NCBI GenBank assembly: GCA_965221735.1
Contig: OZ244910.1
Location: 1,753,760 to 1,817,759 of the forward strand
Direction: 5' to 3'
DNA length: 64,000 bases
Origin: Tepidiformaceae bacterium
Lineage (GTDB): Bacteria > Chloroflexota > Dehalococcoidia > Tepidiformales > Tepidiformaceae
Shown: positions 29,939-38,812 of the stretch, in pieces
Numbering within the stretch: position 1 is the stretch's first letter
Layout of the letters: each line of letters opens with the position of its first letter
Program-made: the position numbers and the translations under genes
The notes under the pieces: model-generated
What the model was told of the DNA's origin: nothing
Database searches by the model: none
What the model saw: the letters and a program-made list of their open reading frames with translations, nothing else

Positions 29939-31312
29939 ATGACGAGCACCGTAGTTGACCTCTCCGAGGAGTCCCCGGAGCGCGCCAAGTACCGCGCGAT
30001 CACCCTGCACAACATCGCGGGACTGCCCCAGGCCGAGCGGCTGAGCAAGGATCAGCGCTTCGCCATCGACGTGGTGTCGCGGGTGCTGCCGTTCAAGACG
30101 AACAATTATGTCGTGGACGAGCTGATCAACTGGGACGATGTTCCCAACGACCCGATCTTCACGCTGACGTTCCCGCAGCAGCACATGCTGCAGGACGAGC
30201 ACTTCGACGAGGTGGCGACGCTGGTCTCGCGGGAGGCCTCGCGGGCCGAGATCGACGAGGCGGCGAACCGCATTCGCATGACGCTCAACCCGCACCCGGC
30301 GGGGCAGCTCGAGCACAACGTGCCGGTCCTCTACGAGGAGACGGTCGAGGGGCTGCAGCACAAGTACGAGGAGACGGTTCTGCTCTTCCCGAGCAACGGG
30401 CAGACGTGCCATGCGTACTGCACGTTCTGCTTCCGCTGGCCGCAGTTCGTCGGGCTCGACGACCTGAAGTTCGCGACGAAGCAGGCCAACGGGCTGGTCG
30501 CCTACCTGCGCGAGCGCCCGCGGGTGAGCGACGTGCTCATCACCGGGGGCGACCCGATGGTGATGAAGACGCGGCGCTTCAAGCAGTACATCGACCCGAT
30601 CCTGGAAGACGATCCGCCGAACCTGCGGACGATCCGCATCGGCACGAAGGCGCTGGGGTACTGGCCGTACCGGTTCACGACGGACGACGACGCGGAGGAG
30701 ATGCTGGACATCTTCCGGCGCATCACGGCGACCGGGCGGCACCTCTCCATCATGGCGCACTTCAACCACCCGCGTGAGCTGAGCACGCCGGCGGTGCGCG
30801 AGGCGACGGAGCGCATCCGCGAGACGGGCGCGCAGATCCGGACGCAGTCGCCGATCATGCGGAACATCAACGACAACTCGGACGCATGGGCGGAGATGTG
30901 GCGCGAGCAGGTGCGGATCGGGATGATCCCGTACTACATGTTCGTGGCGCGCGACACGGGCGCGAAGCACTTTTTCGAGATCCCGCTGGTGCGGGCCTGG
31001 GAGATCTTCCGCGGCGCCTACAACCAGGTCAGCGGTCTGGCGCGGACGGTGCGCGGGCCGAGCATGTCGGCGGAGCCCGGCAAGGTGGCCGTCTCGGGGC
31101 CGGCAGAGGTCGCGGGCCAGAAGGTGCTCACGCTGAACTTCCTGCAGGGCCGCGACCCGGACTGGGTCGGGCGTCCGTTCTTCGCCCAGTACGACGAGTC
31201 GGCGACCTGGCTGAACGAGCTTCGCCCGGCCTTCGGGGAGGAGAAGTTCTTCTTCGAGGACGAGCTGGCGCACCGCTACGAGGCAGGCATCGCCGCCGGT
31301 ACGGAAGCCTAG
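29939..31312 (+). CDS. KamA-family radical-SAM aminomutase-like protein
   Basis: 457 aa. Radical-SAM cluster motif CHAYCTFCFRW. Lysine-2,3-aminomutase-like layout with a long N-terminal extension. Confidence 0.8.
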   Translation: MTSTVVDLSEESPERAKYRAITLHNIAGLPQAERLSKDQRFAIDVVSRVLPFKTNNYVVDELINWDDVPNDPIFTLTFPQQHMLQDEHFDEVATLVSREASRAEIDEAANRIRMTLNPHPAGQLEHNVPVLYEETVEGLQHKYEETVLLFPSNGQTCHAYCTFCFRWPQFVGLDDLKFATKQANGLVAYLRERPRVSDVLITGGDPMVMKTRRFKQYIDPILEDDPPNLRTIRIGTKALGYWPYRFTTDDDAEEMLDIFRRITATGRHLSIMAHFNHPRELSTPAVREATERIRETGAQIRTQSPIMRNINDNSDAWAEMWREQVRIGMIPYYMFVARDTGAKHFFEIPLVRAWEIFRGAYNQVSGLARTVRGPSMSAEPGKVAVSGPAEVAGQKVLTLNFLQGRDPDWVGRPFFAQYDESATWLNELRPAFGEEKFFFEDELAHRYEAGIAAGTEA

Positions 31313-31339
31313 CCCGCCGGCGAACCGGCACGACGCCAG

Positions 31340-31367
31340 ACGGGGCCCGTTCGACGGGCCCCGTTTT
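31340..31367 (+). terminator. Rho-independent terminator after the KamA-family gene
   Basis: Perfect 11-bp arms ACGGGGCCCGU / ACGGGCCCCGU with a 3-nt loop, followed by UUU. Confidence 0.75.
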
Positions 31368-31415
31368 CGTGTCCGGGCCAGCAGGGCAACGGCGGGCGGG
31401 CGGGGCGGCTATCCT

Positions 31416-31817
31416 TTGCGCGTGGCAGACCCGGGAACGCACACGGAAGCGGAGCAGGAAGCGCTCCTCGCGAACGAGGGGTTCTACCGCGCGCTGGGCA
31501 ACTCGGACATGGGCGCGATGGAGAACGTGTGGGCGCGCCTTGCGCCGGTGACGTGCCTGCACCCCGGCTGGACGCTCCTGGCCGGCCGGGAGGACGTGCT
31601 GGAGAGCTGGCGAACGATCCTCGCGAACCCGAACCAGCCCCGCATCGTCGGCGGCGGCGCGAGCGTGACCGTGGTCGGGAACGCGGCGGTCGTGCTGTGC
31701 CGGGAGGTCGTCTCAGGCAGCCCGCTCTACGCGACGAACATCTTCGTGCGCGAGGAGGGGTCGTGGCGCATGACACACCACCACTCGGGACCGGTGATGG
31801 TTCACCGACCGGAGTAG
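31416..31817 (+). CDS. SnoaL/NTF2-like (DUF4440-like) protein
   Basis: EGFYRALGNSDMGAMENVWA...ATNIFVREEGSWRMTHHH. TTG start, or GTG at 31422. Confidence 0.6.
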   Translation: MRVADPGTHTEAEQEALLANEGFYRALGNSDMGAMENVWARLAPVTCLHPGWTLLAGREDVLESWRTILANPNQPRIVGGGASVTVVGNAAVVLCREVVSGSPLYATNIFVREEGSWRMTHHHSGPVMVHRPE

Positions 31818-31819
31818 TT

Positions 31820-31861
31820 GGTCGGTGGTCGGTGGTCGGTGGTCGGTGGTCGGTGGTCGGT
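31820..31861 (+). repeat. Six perfect tandem copies of GGTCGGT
   Basis: Read directly. Begins 2 nt after the TAG stop at 31815-31817. Confidence 0.95.
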
Positions 31862-31868
31862 GAAGGAA

Positions 31869-31901
31869 CACCAGCCACTACTCACCAGCCACTATTCACT
31901 A
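31869..31901 (+). repeat. 14-nt tandem repeat CACCAGCCACTA(C/T)T, about 2.4 copies
   Basis: Read directly. The last partial copy overlaps the stop codon of the convergent crotonase gene. Confidence 0.85.
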
Positions 31902-32750
31902 TGGGCGGAAGCCTTCGCGGTTGAAGGGCTCGTCGCGCCATGAGAGGGCGGCGCGGAGGCCTTCGGCGTTGGAGATGCGGCCGAACTCGCCGGCGCCGGG
32001 ACGCATGCGTCCGCTGAGGGCGTGCCACTGGGGGCCGGTGTTGAGGGCGGTGCGGATGCCCTGGATCTCGTAGGTCTGGTTGATGGCAAGCTTGTTCGCG
32101 GCGAGCAGGTCGGGGGCGATGCTGGAGAGGGCGCGCACTTCCTTCATGACCTCCTCCTCAAGAGAGTCGGCGGGGAAGCTCTTCGCGATCCAGCCCCACT
32201 CGGCGGCCTCCTTGCCGGTCAGGCTGTTGCCGCTGAGCTGGAGGTACTTGGCGCGGCCCATCTGGAGCTTCCAGGGGAAGTAGATGACGTCGGGCGTGGT
32301 CATGCCGCGCATGGGCGGGTAGCCGATCTTGCAGTCGTCGGAGGCGAAGGCGATGTCGCACATCGACATGAGCTCGGAGCCGCCGGCGAGGCAGTAGCCG
32401 TGGACCATGGCGACGACGGGCTTGAGCAGGTCCCAGATGGTCATCCAGTCGCGGACACAGCTGCGGGCGAAAGGGTCGGTCCAGGTGTCGAAGTGCTTCT
32501 CCGAGACGAGGATGCCGGCGCGGGCGTCGGCGGGCTGGTTGGGGGTGATGTCGTACCCCGCGCAGAAGGCGCGTCCGGCGCCGCGCACGAGGATGACGGT
32601 CACGTCGTCGTCGCGTTCGGCGACCTTGAGGGCGTCGACGAACTCACCGCGGAGGTCGCGGTTGAGCGCGTTCAGCTTCTCCGGGCGGTTGAGGGTGATC
32701 GTGGCGATCTTGTCTTCGGTGGAGTAGAGGATGTTCTCGTACTCGGGCAT
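31899..32750 (-). CDS. Enoyl-CoA hydratase/isomerase (crotonase) family protein
   Basis: MPEYENILYSTEDKIATITLNRPEKLNAL...GAGRAFCAGYD...GYCLAGGSELMSMCD. Confidence 0.85.
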   Translation of the reverse strand: MPEYENILYSTEDKIATITLNRPEKLNALNRDLRGEFVDALKVAERDDDVTVILVRGAGRAFCAGYDITPNQPADARAGILVSEKHFDTWTDPFARSCVRDWMTIWDLLKPVVAMVHGYCLAGGSELMSMCDIAFASDDCKIGYPPMRGMTTPDVIYFPWKLQMGRAKYLQLSGNSLTGKEAAEWGWIAKSFPADSLEEEVMKEVRALSSIAPDLLAANKLAINQTYEIQGIRTALNTGPQWHALSGRMRPGAGEFGRISNAEGLRAALSWRDEPFNREGFRP

Positions 32751-32787
32751 TTGAAAGGCCTCCTGCAGGTTGCGGGATTGTAGGGGG

Positions 32788-35148
32788 TCAGGGCGTGGTG
32801 AGGGGGGCGACCATGAAGGGCGGAGCGGGGACAGCGGGCTCGTGGGCGGTGGCGCCCACCTCGTAGAGGCGGGCGATGGCCCCGGCGTCGAGGCCGAGCA
32901 GCTCACCGAAGACGTAGTCGTTGGCCTCGGCGAAGCGGGGGGCGTGACTGCGGACGGCCGGCGCCGTCTTCGAGAAGCGCCACATGAAACCGGGATAGGG
33001 GTAGACGCCGGTGTCGGGGTGCTCGATGTCGACCCAGGCGCCGCGCGCGTGGAAGTGGGGATCGGCGTGGAGCTGCCAGTTGTGGAGGATGGAGGCGGCG
33101 GGGACTCTCACCGCCTGCAGCTCACGCACGGCCTCGAAGCGGGTGAGGGGTTGCGTCCAGGCAGAGAGGCGCTCGTCGATCTCCTGGCGGCGGGCGACGC
33201 GGGCGGGGCCGTCGAGCGCGGCGAGGTCGTCGAGGCCGGCGACCCCGCAGAGGGCGCGCCACTGCTCGTCGGTGCGGACGGCGACGGCGACCCAGTCGTC
33301 GCGGCCTTCGACGGGGTAGGCGCCGGTGGGGGCGTCGGCGGGTTCGATGTTGCCCTGGCGGGGCATGGGCGCGCCGTGCTCGTGGACGTGGGCGAAGGCG
33401 GCGACCATGAAGGTCATGGCGGACTCGGTCAGGGCCATGTCGACGTGCGAGCCGCGACCGGTGCGTTCGAGCCGCTCGAGCCCGGCGGCAGCGGCGATGG
33501 CGGCGTGGGCCCCGGCGATCGGGTCGGCAATGAAGGAGCCGGTGCGGTAGGGGCGCTCGTCTCCGGGGTAGCCGGTAGTCGAGGCGAGGCCGCTGGCGGC
33601 CTCGATGTTCGAGCCGTAGGCGATCCAGTCGCGGCGCTTGCCGGTGGCGCCGAATCCACTGATCGAGACCATCACGAGGCGGGGATTGACCTCGGCCAGC
33701 TTCTCGTAGGCGAGGCCGAGGTTGGGCATCACGCGGGCGCTGTTGTTCTCGATGACGACGTCGGCCTTCGCGGCGAGGTCGAGGAAGACCTGGCGGCCCT
33801 CGTCCGTGGCCATGTTGAGGGCGATGTCGCGCTTGTTGCGGTTCATCTGGTTGAAGTAGCCGGAGCGGTTGTAGTGGTACTTGCCGGGGTCGAGGCCGGC
33901 GTAGTGGCTGCCGCGGGTGGCGGGCCGCGTGGCCAGCTCGACCTTGATGACCTCGGCGCCGAGGTCGGCGAGGTGGCGGCAGGCGATGGGTCCGGCCCAG
34001 TTGTTCGTGACCTCGATGACGCGCAGTCCCTCAAAGGGGGAGGCCGAGGGGGTTCGCTGGCCGGCGGAGTCCGGCGGGGCATCGCCGGCGAGGGCTCGGG
34101 CGAGGGTGTCGGGCGGGCCGACTTCCGGCCAGGGGTCGGTCCAGCGGTAGGGGCGGCCGGGCATGGGCTTGCCGCGGCAATCGCGGAAGTACTCGCGGTC
34201 GGCGAGGTGGTCGTCGGCGAGGAGCCCGGGGGCGTCGGCCATGAAGACGACGGGGACGCGCAGGGACTGCCCCTTCTCGGCGATCTCCTTCACGGTATGG
34301 GCCGCGCACCACTCGCGGACGATGGGCTCGATCTCGTCGATGCGGTCGCGGCGCCCGAGGATGGACTGGTAGTCCTCTTGGTTCGCGAGGTCGGGGCGGC
34401 CGCAGAGGAGGAGGACGTTCTGGTGGACGATGAAAGAGAAGAAATGGACCCAGCCGTCCTTCGCGCGGACGAGGTCGGAGCCGGTGCGCATGAAGACGCG
34501 GCCCTCGTGGGTCCAGGCGACGGTGGTGCTCCAGTGGGCGCCGAGCATGGCCTCGGCGGCGCTGACCTCGATCTCCTGGCCTTCACCCGTGCGGCGGGCG
34601 TGGCGGAGGGCGGCGAGCGAGGCGAAGGCGAGCTGCAGTCCGGCGTGGAACTGGGCCTGGTGGCCGGGAACCCGGAGGGGCACGCGCTCGGGGTGGCCGG
34701 CGATCGACCAGTACCCGCCGAGGGCGTAGTCGGTCAGCTCGTCGCCGGCCCAGCGGGCGTAGGGGCCGCTGCGGCCGTAGTGGTCGGCGTTGGCGACGAC
34801 GATGGCGGGGTTGGCGGGGCGGAGGAGCTCGAAGAGCGCGTCCTGCTCGAGCTCGGGCAGGGCAAAGTCGGTCAGGACGAGGTCGAAGTGGGGAGCGAGG
34901 GCGGGGAGGGCGGCAAGGAGCGCGTCGCGGTCGAGGCGCTCGTCGTGGAGCTCGACGCCGTCCTCGAAGTAGGCGTACATGAGGTCGTTGGGGGGCCAGT
35001 CCCCGGGGCGGGCGTCGGTCCAGCGCCACCATGAGCAGCGCGCGCCGAGGTCGGCGAGGAGGCGGGTGGCGTAGGCGCCGGCGACGCCGCGGGCGAGGTT
35101 GAGCACGCGGAAGTCGATCGGGACGGTCCCGTTGGGCATGCGGGGCAC
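32788..35148 (-). CDS. Tandem fusion of two family-III (CaiB/BaiF) CoA-transferase domains
   Basis: 786 aa. The N-terminal half is divergent (FRVLNLARGVAGAYATRLLADLGA...). The C-terminal half is canonical (LRVIEVTNNWAGPIACRHLADLGAEVIKVE). Pro/Ser-rich linker ...GDAPPDSAGQRTPSASP... Confidence 0.8.
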   Translation of the reverse strand: MPRMPNGTVPIDFRVLNLARGVAGAYATRLLADLGARCSWWRWTDARPGDWPPNDLMYAYFEDGVELHDERLDRDALLAALPALAPHFDLVLTDFALPELEQDALFELLRPANPAIVVANADHYGRSGPYARWAGDELTDYALGGYWSIAGHPERVPLRVPGHQAQFHAGLQLAFASLAALRHARRTGEGQEIEVSAAEAMLGAHWSTTVAWTHEGRVFMRTGSDLVRAKDGWVHFFSFIVHQNVLLLCGRPDLANQEDYQSILGRRDRIDEIEPIVREWCAAHTVKEIAEKGQSLRVPVVFMADAPGLLADDHLADREYFRDCRGKPMPGRPYRWTDPWPEVGPPDTLARALAGDAPPDSAGQRTPSASPFEGLRVIEVTNNWAGPIACRHLADLGAEVIKVELATRPATRGSHYAGLDPGKYHYNRSGYFNQMNRNKRDIALNMATDEGRQVFLDLAAKADVVIENNSARVMPNLGLAYEKLAEVNPRLVMVSISGFGATGKRRDWIAYGSNIEAASGLASTTGYPGDERPYRTGSFIADPIAGAHAAIAAAAGLERLERTGRGSHVDMALTESAMTFMVAAFAHVHEHGAPMPRQGNIEPADAPTGAYPVEGRDDWVAVAVRTDEQWRALCGVAGLDDLAALDGPARVARRQEIDERLSAWTQPLTRFEAVRELQAVRVPAASILHNWQLHADPHFHARGAWVDIEHPDTGVYPYPGFMWRFSKTAPAVRSHAPRFAEANDYVFGELLGLDAGAIARLYEVGATAHEPAVPAPPFMVAPLTTP

Positions 35149-35184
35149 TCTACAACGCCGGGCGGGGCGTGAGGCGGGGCGGGG

Positions 35185-36117
35185 CTACCCGGGGACGACG
35201 GGGGGCCTGGGGCTGCGGTCCCAGTGCAAGCGGAAGACGTCGGGGCGGCTGTAGTGGCCGACGCCATCGACCCAGCGCTTCGCCTCGACGAGGTCGCCGG
35301 GGTCGATCTCGGCGTAGACGATGGTCTCCTCGTCGTAGACGGGCCCGGCGAGATACTTGCCGCCGGGGGCGATGACGGCGCTGCCGCCGTTCATCTCCCA
35401 CATGCGGGAATGCTCGGCGAAGGGCGTCCCGGGCGGGAGGCGGTCGGCGGACATGACCTCGCGGGCGACGACGACGGCGCAGGCGTTCTCGACGGCGAGC
35501 ATGCGGGTGGCGGCGTCGATGTTGGCGTGCAGGAAGGGGTAGCCGGGCCAGACCGAGGCATGCGCCTGCACATCGAGCCCGGCGAGGGCGTAGCGGGCGG
35601 GCGCCATGAAGTGCTCGTAGCAGATAAGGCCGCTGAGGCAGCCCGCAGGGGTGTCGTAGGCGTCGAGGTCGGAGCCGTCACCCATGCCCCAGACGGTGCG
35701 CTCGGAGAGGGTGGGCACGAGCTTGCGGTGGCTGCCGAGGAGGGCGCCGTCGGGGCCGAAGTAGCAGAGGGTGTTGTAGAGCGTGCCGCCGGCGCGCTCG
35801 GTCACGCCGATGACGACGGTCGCGTTCGCGTCCTTCGCGGCTTCGCCCAGCGCGGCGATCGCGGGGCCAGGAATCTCGACGCTGTTCTCGGTGAGTTCGC
35901 GGAAGAGCTGGCGGACAGCGCGATTGGGGCGCTGCTCGGTGCACCAGTAGGGGTAGCCGGGCAGCCACGCCTCGGGCAGGACGATGAGACTCGCGCCCTC
36001 GCGCGCCGCCTCGTCGATGGCGTCAACGGCGCGACCGACACCGGCGTGCAGGTCGCCCCAGGCGGGGGCGCGCTGCACGGCGGCGGCGACGTAGGGCTCG
36101 GGGAGGGCACCGGGCAT
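35185..36117 (-). CDS. Carbon-nitrogen hydrolase (nitrilase-family) protein
   Basis: 310 aa from the internal ATG. VAAAVQRAP..., LIVLPEAWLPGYP, HRKLVPT, GLICYEH (Glu-Lys-Cys triad context). Confidence 0.8.
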   Translation of the reverse strand: MPGALPEPYVAAAVQRAPAWGDLHAGVGRAVDAIDEAAREGASLIVLPEAWLPGYPYWCTEQRPNRAVRQLFRELTENSVEIPGPAIAALGEAAKDANATVVIGVTERAGGTLYNTLCYFGPDGALLGSHRKLVPTLSERTVWGMGDGSDLDAYDTPAGCLSGLICYEHFMAPARYALAGLDVQAHASVWPGYPFLHANIDAATRMLAVENACAVVVAREVMSADRLPPGTPFAEHSRMWEMNGGSAVIAPGGKYLAGPVYDEETIVYAEIDPGDLVEAKRWVDGVGHYSRPDVFRLHWDRSPRPPVVPG

Positions 36118-36195
36118 GCGATCACTGTACAGGGGTGGGAGGGGTGGAGAGTCCGCTAGACTACGACCAGCACCCAGCAGGGCAGGTGGCCTGAA

Positions 36196-36456
36196 ATGCC
36201 CAGGAGGCAGCGGACCAGCGAGGAACTCGACGCGGGGCTGCGCCAGATTGCTTACGGAGAGAAGCCCGAGCGAGTCGAGCCTGCGCCCCCCGGCCGCCTG
36301 GCGTCCGTCGGGAAGGCCCTCGGGGGTCTCCTCAGGGGAGTCGGGCGAGTGGCCAAGGCGATCGCGGACGCGATTCTGCCGCCAGACGACGAGACCGTCG
36401 AGGACGTCGAGAAGGCAGCACGCCAACGTCCATTCCGAGGGGGCCCCTTGCACTAG
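36196..36456 (+). CDS. Possible small hypothetical protein
   Basis: 86-aa ORF in the divergent gap between the nitrilase-family gene and cinA. No motif recognised. Confidence 0.2.
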   Translation: MPRRQRTSEELDAGLRQIAYGEKPERVEPAPPGRLASVGKALGGLLRGVGRVAKAIADAILPPDDETVEDVEKAARQRPFRGGPLH

Positions 36457-36584
36457 GCTCAACGCCGCCCTGGAACCGCGGACGCCCTACCGGCAGTACC
36501 GGAGGGGCCTCCCCCGGCATCGATCTCCTTTGATCGGCAAACGGCCTCGGCCCCTGTTTCGGACTGCCTGATAGACTCGCGCGC

Positions 36585-37778
36585 GTGAAGGCGGAGATTG
36601 TCGCGATCGGCACCGAGATCCTGCTTGGCGAGATCGTCGACACGAACAGCGCCTGGATTGCGCAGCAACTGCCCGCCCTCGGCATCGACCTGAACCACAC
36701 GAGCGTCGTGGGGGACAACCTCGAGCGCGTCACGGGCACGCTGCGGCGCGCCTGGGAGCGCTCGGACCTCGTGATCACGACGGGCGGGCTCGGGCCGACC
36801 GAGGACGACCTCACGCGCGAGTCGATCGCCAACCTGCTGGGCGAGGAGCCGCACGTCGTGCCCGAGCTGGAGGAGCGGCTGCGGTCGTTCTTCTCGCGGC
36901 GGGGCATCGAGATGCCGGAGACGAACATCAAGCAGGCGTGGCTCATCCCGAGCGCGCGCGTGATCGACAACCCGCGGGGGACGGCGCCGGGCTGGTGGAC
37001 GGAGCGGGACGGCCGCGTGATCGTCTCGATGCCCGGCGTTCCTCCCGAGATGGAGCGGATGTGGGTGCATGAGGTCTCACCGCAGCTCGAGGGGCGCTCA
37101 GGCTCGGTGCTCGTGACGCGCACGCTGAAGACGGCGGGCATCGGCGAGGGGACGGTCGACGAGATGGCGCGGCCGGTGTTCGACATGCCGGGGATCGGCG
37201 TGGGGACGTACGCCCGGGCGGACGGCGTCCACCTGCGCATCGGCGCGAAGGCGGCGACGCGCGAGGAGGCGCAGCGGCTCATCGAGCCGGTGGAGCGGGA
37301 GCTGGACGCGATCTTCGGGAACGCCATCTGGGGCCGCGACGAGGACACGCTCGAAGGGTTCATCGCGCGGACGCTGCGGGAGCGCAGGCAGACGGTCGGG
37401 ACGCTGGAGACGGCGACGGGCGGTCTGCTGGCGAGCACGCTCAGCGACGCGCCCGAGGCAGGCGGCTCGTTCGCGGGCGGGCTCGTGTCGCCGCGCTCGG
37501 CGGAGGAGTTCGCGGACGTCTCGGCGGAGGCGGCGGCGGCGATGGCCAGCGCCGCCCGCGAGCGGCTGGGGAGCGACTACGGGGTCGGCATCACGGCTGC
37601 CCTCGACGGGGACCCCACGGTCGAGCAGCCGGGCACGTTCTTCGTGGCCGTCGCTGCACCGGCGGGCGGCCGGCGCTCGATGAAGATGGTCATGGCCCAG
37701 GGGCGCGCGGCGACAAAGCGGCGCGCCATCACGACGGCATTGATGCTGCTGCGAACCAGCATCCTTGAAGAGGAGTAA
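36585..37778 (+). CDS. cinA: CinA-family protein (MoCF-like domain plus nicotinamide-nucleotide amidase domain)
   Basis: MKAEIVAIGTEILLGEIVDTNSAWIAQQL...TTGGLGPTEDDLT. GTG start. Confidence 0.85.
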   Translation: MKAEIVAIGTEILLGEIVDTNSAWIAQQLPALGIDLNHTSVVGDNLERVTGTLRRAWERSDLVITTGGLGPTEDDLTRESIANLLGEEPHVVPELEERLRSFFSRRGIEMPETNIKQAWLIPSARVIDNPRGTAPGWWTERDGRVIVSMPGVPPEMERMWVHEVSPQLEGRSGSVLVTRTLKTAGIGEGTVDEMARPVFDMPGIGVGTYARADGVHLRIGAKAATREEAQRLIEPVERELDAIFGNAIWGRDEDTLEGFIARTLRERRQTVGTLETATGGLLASTLSDAPEAGGSFAGGLVSPRSAEEFADVSAEAAAAMASAARERLGSDYGVGITAALDGDPTVEQPGTFFVAVAAPAGGRRSMKMVMAQGRAATKRRAITTALMLLRTSILEEE

Positions 37779-37783
37779 CCACC

Positions 37784-38161
37784 ATGGACAACGCCGAGAT
37801 CGTGCGGAACTTCTGCGCGGAGTGGGATGCGCCCGCTCCGGACGGGGACACGCTCGCCTCGTATTTCACCGAGGACGCGTTTTACCACAACATCCCGATG
37901 GACCCGATCAGCGGACGCGACAACATCAAGAACGCACTCGGGGGCATGGCCGGAGCGATGGTGAGCAAGGGCTGGGACGTCCTCAACATCGTGGCCGACG
38001 GCGACGTCGTGATGACGGAGCGGGTCGACAAGTTCGACGCGGGCGGCAACCAGGTGGCGCTGCCCGTGATGGGCGTGTTCGAGCTGCGGGACGGGAAGAT
38101 CGCGTCCTGGCGCGACTACTTCGACCTGGGGACGTTCCAGAAGCAGATGTCGGGCGGCTAG
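37784..38161 (+). CDS. Limonene-1,2-epoxide-hydrolase-like (SnoaL fold) protein
   Basis: 125 aa. FYHNIPMDPISGRDNI...MTERVDKF...FELRDGKIASWRDYFD. Confidence 0.6.
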   Translation: MDNAEIVRNFCAEWDAPAPDGDTLASYFTEDAFYHNIPMDPISGRDNIKNALGGMAGAMVSKGWDVLNIVADGDVVMTERVDKFDAGGNQVALPVMGVFELRDGKIASWRDYFDLGTFQKQMSGG

Positions 38162-38715
38162 GAGCCGGGCACTCCCGAATCCCCCGCGACCTCCTCGAGG
38201 ATGGGAAGGGCATCGGCGATGCGTTCGATGCGGTGGATGTTGTCGCGTTCGACGCCGCGGTTGCGGGGCCAGTCGACGAGAAAGACGTGGGGGATGCGTT
38301 CGGCCACGAGCAGGGCGGTGTTGGGGTCGTCCTCGAAGTGGGCGAGGGGCTGCAGCGGGGGGATGACGCGCGCCTTGAAGGCAGAGGAGCGTTCGCGCCA
38401 GGAGGAGCGCAGGCGCACCGGGGGGGAGGCCCCGAAGGTGCGGGCGAGCCAGTCCTCGGTGAGAGGGCGGGAGCCTTCGCCGCGGGCGGAGACGACGGCG
38501 CAATCGAAGCGCTCGGCGATGGCGTGGAACCCCTCGACGGCGCCCGGCATGGGCTTGCGGCGAAAGTAGAGCCAGCGCTCGAGGGGCCAGGTGGGGCGGG
38601 GAAAGCGGGAGGGGGAGGTGGCGTCGGCGCTCAGGCCGCCGGGATTGATACCGAGGGGGTTGCGGCAGAGGACGCCGTCCATGTCGAAGGTGACGAGGGG
38701 TCGGGAGCGGGCCAC
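38158..38715 (-). CDS. HAD-superfamily hydrolase
   Basis: Motif I FDMDGVL near the N-terminus when started at GTG 38715. The rest of ORF 38158..38949 upstream looks non-coding. Confidence 0.5.
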   Translation of the reverse strand: MARSRPLVTFDMDGVLCRNPLGINPGGLSADATSPSRFPRPTWPLERWLYFRRKPMPGAVEGFHAIAERFDCAVVSARGEGSRPLTEDWLARTFGASPPVRLRSSWRERSSAFKARVIPPLQPLAHFEDDPNTALLVAERIPHVFLVDWPRNRGVERDNIHRIERIADALPILEEVAGDSGVPGS

Positions 38716-38812
38716 AGGGTGAATGCTACGGCGGGTCCGCGTCTGGCGCTTCACGCCGCCCGTACGGTAGCCTTCCGGCATCACGCCGGGCGCAACGGGC
38801 CCGGAGCGGGGG

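Noticed and set aside
29619-29942. 107-aa ORF in the ku/KamA intergenic region.
   Set aside because: It overlaps the riboswitch-like RNA, has no SD and has a low-complexity composition.
31820-31861. Heptamer array considered as a CRISPR or telomere-like element.
   Set aside because: The units are contiguous with no spacers and only 7 nt long, and no cas genes are present. It is treated as a tandem repeat instead.
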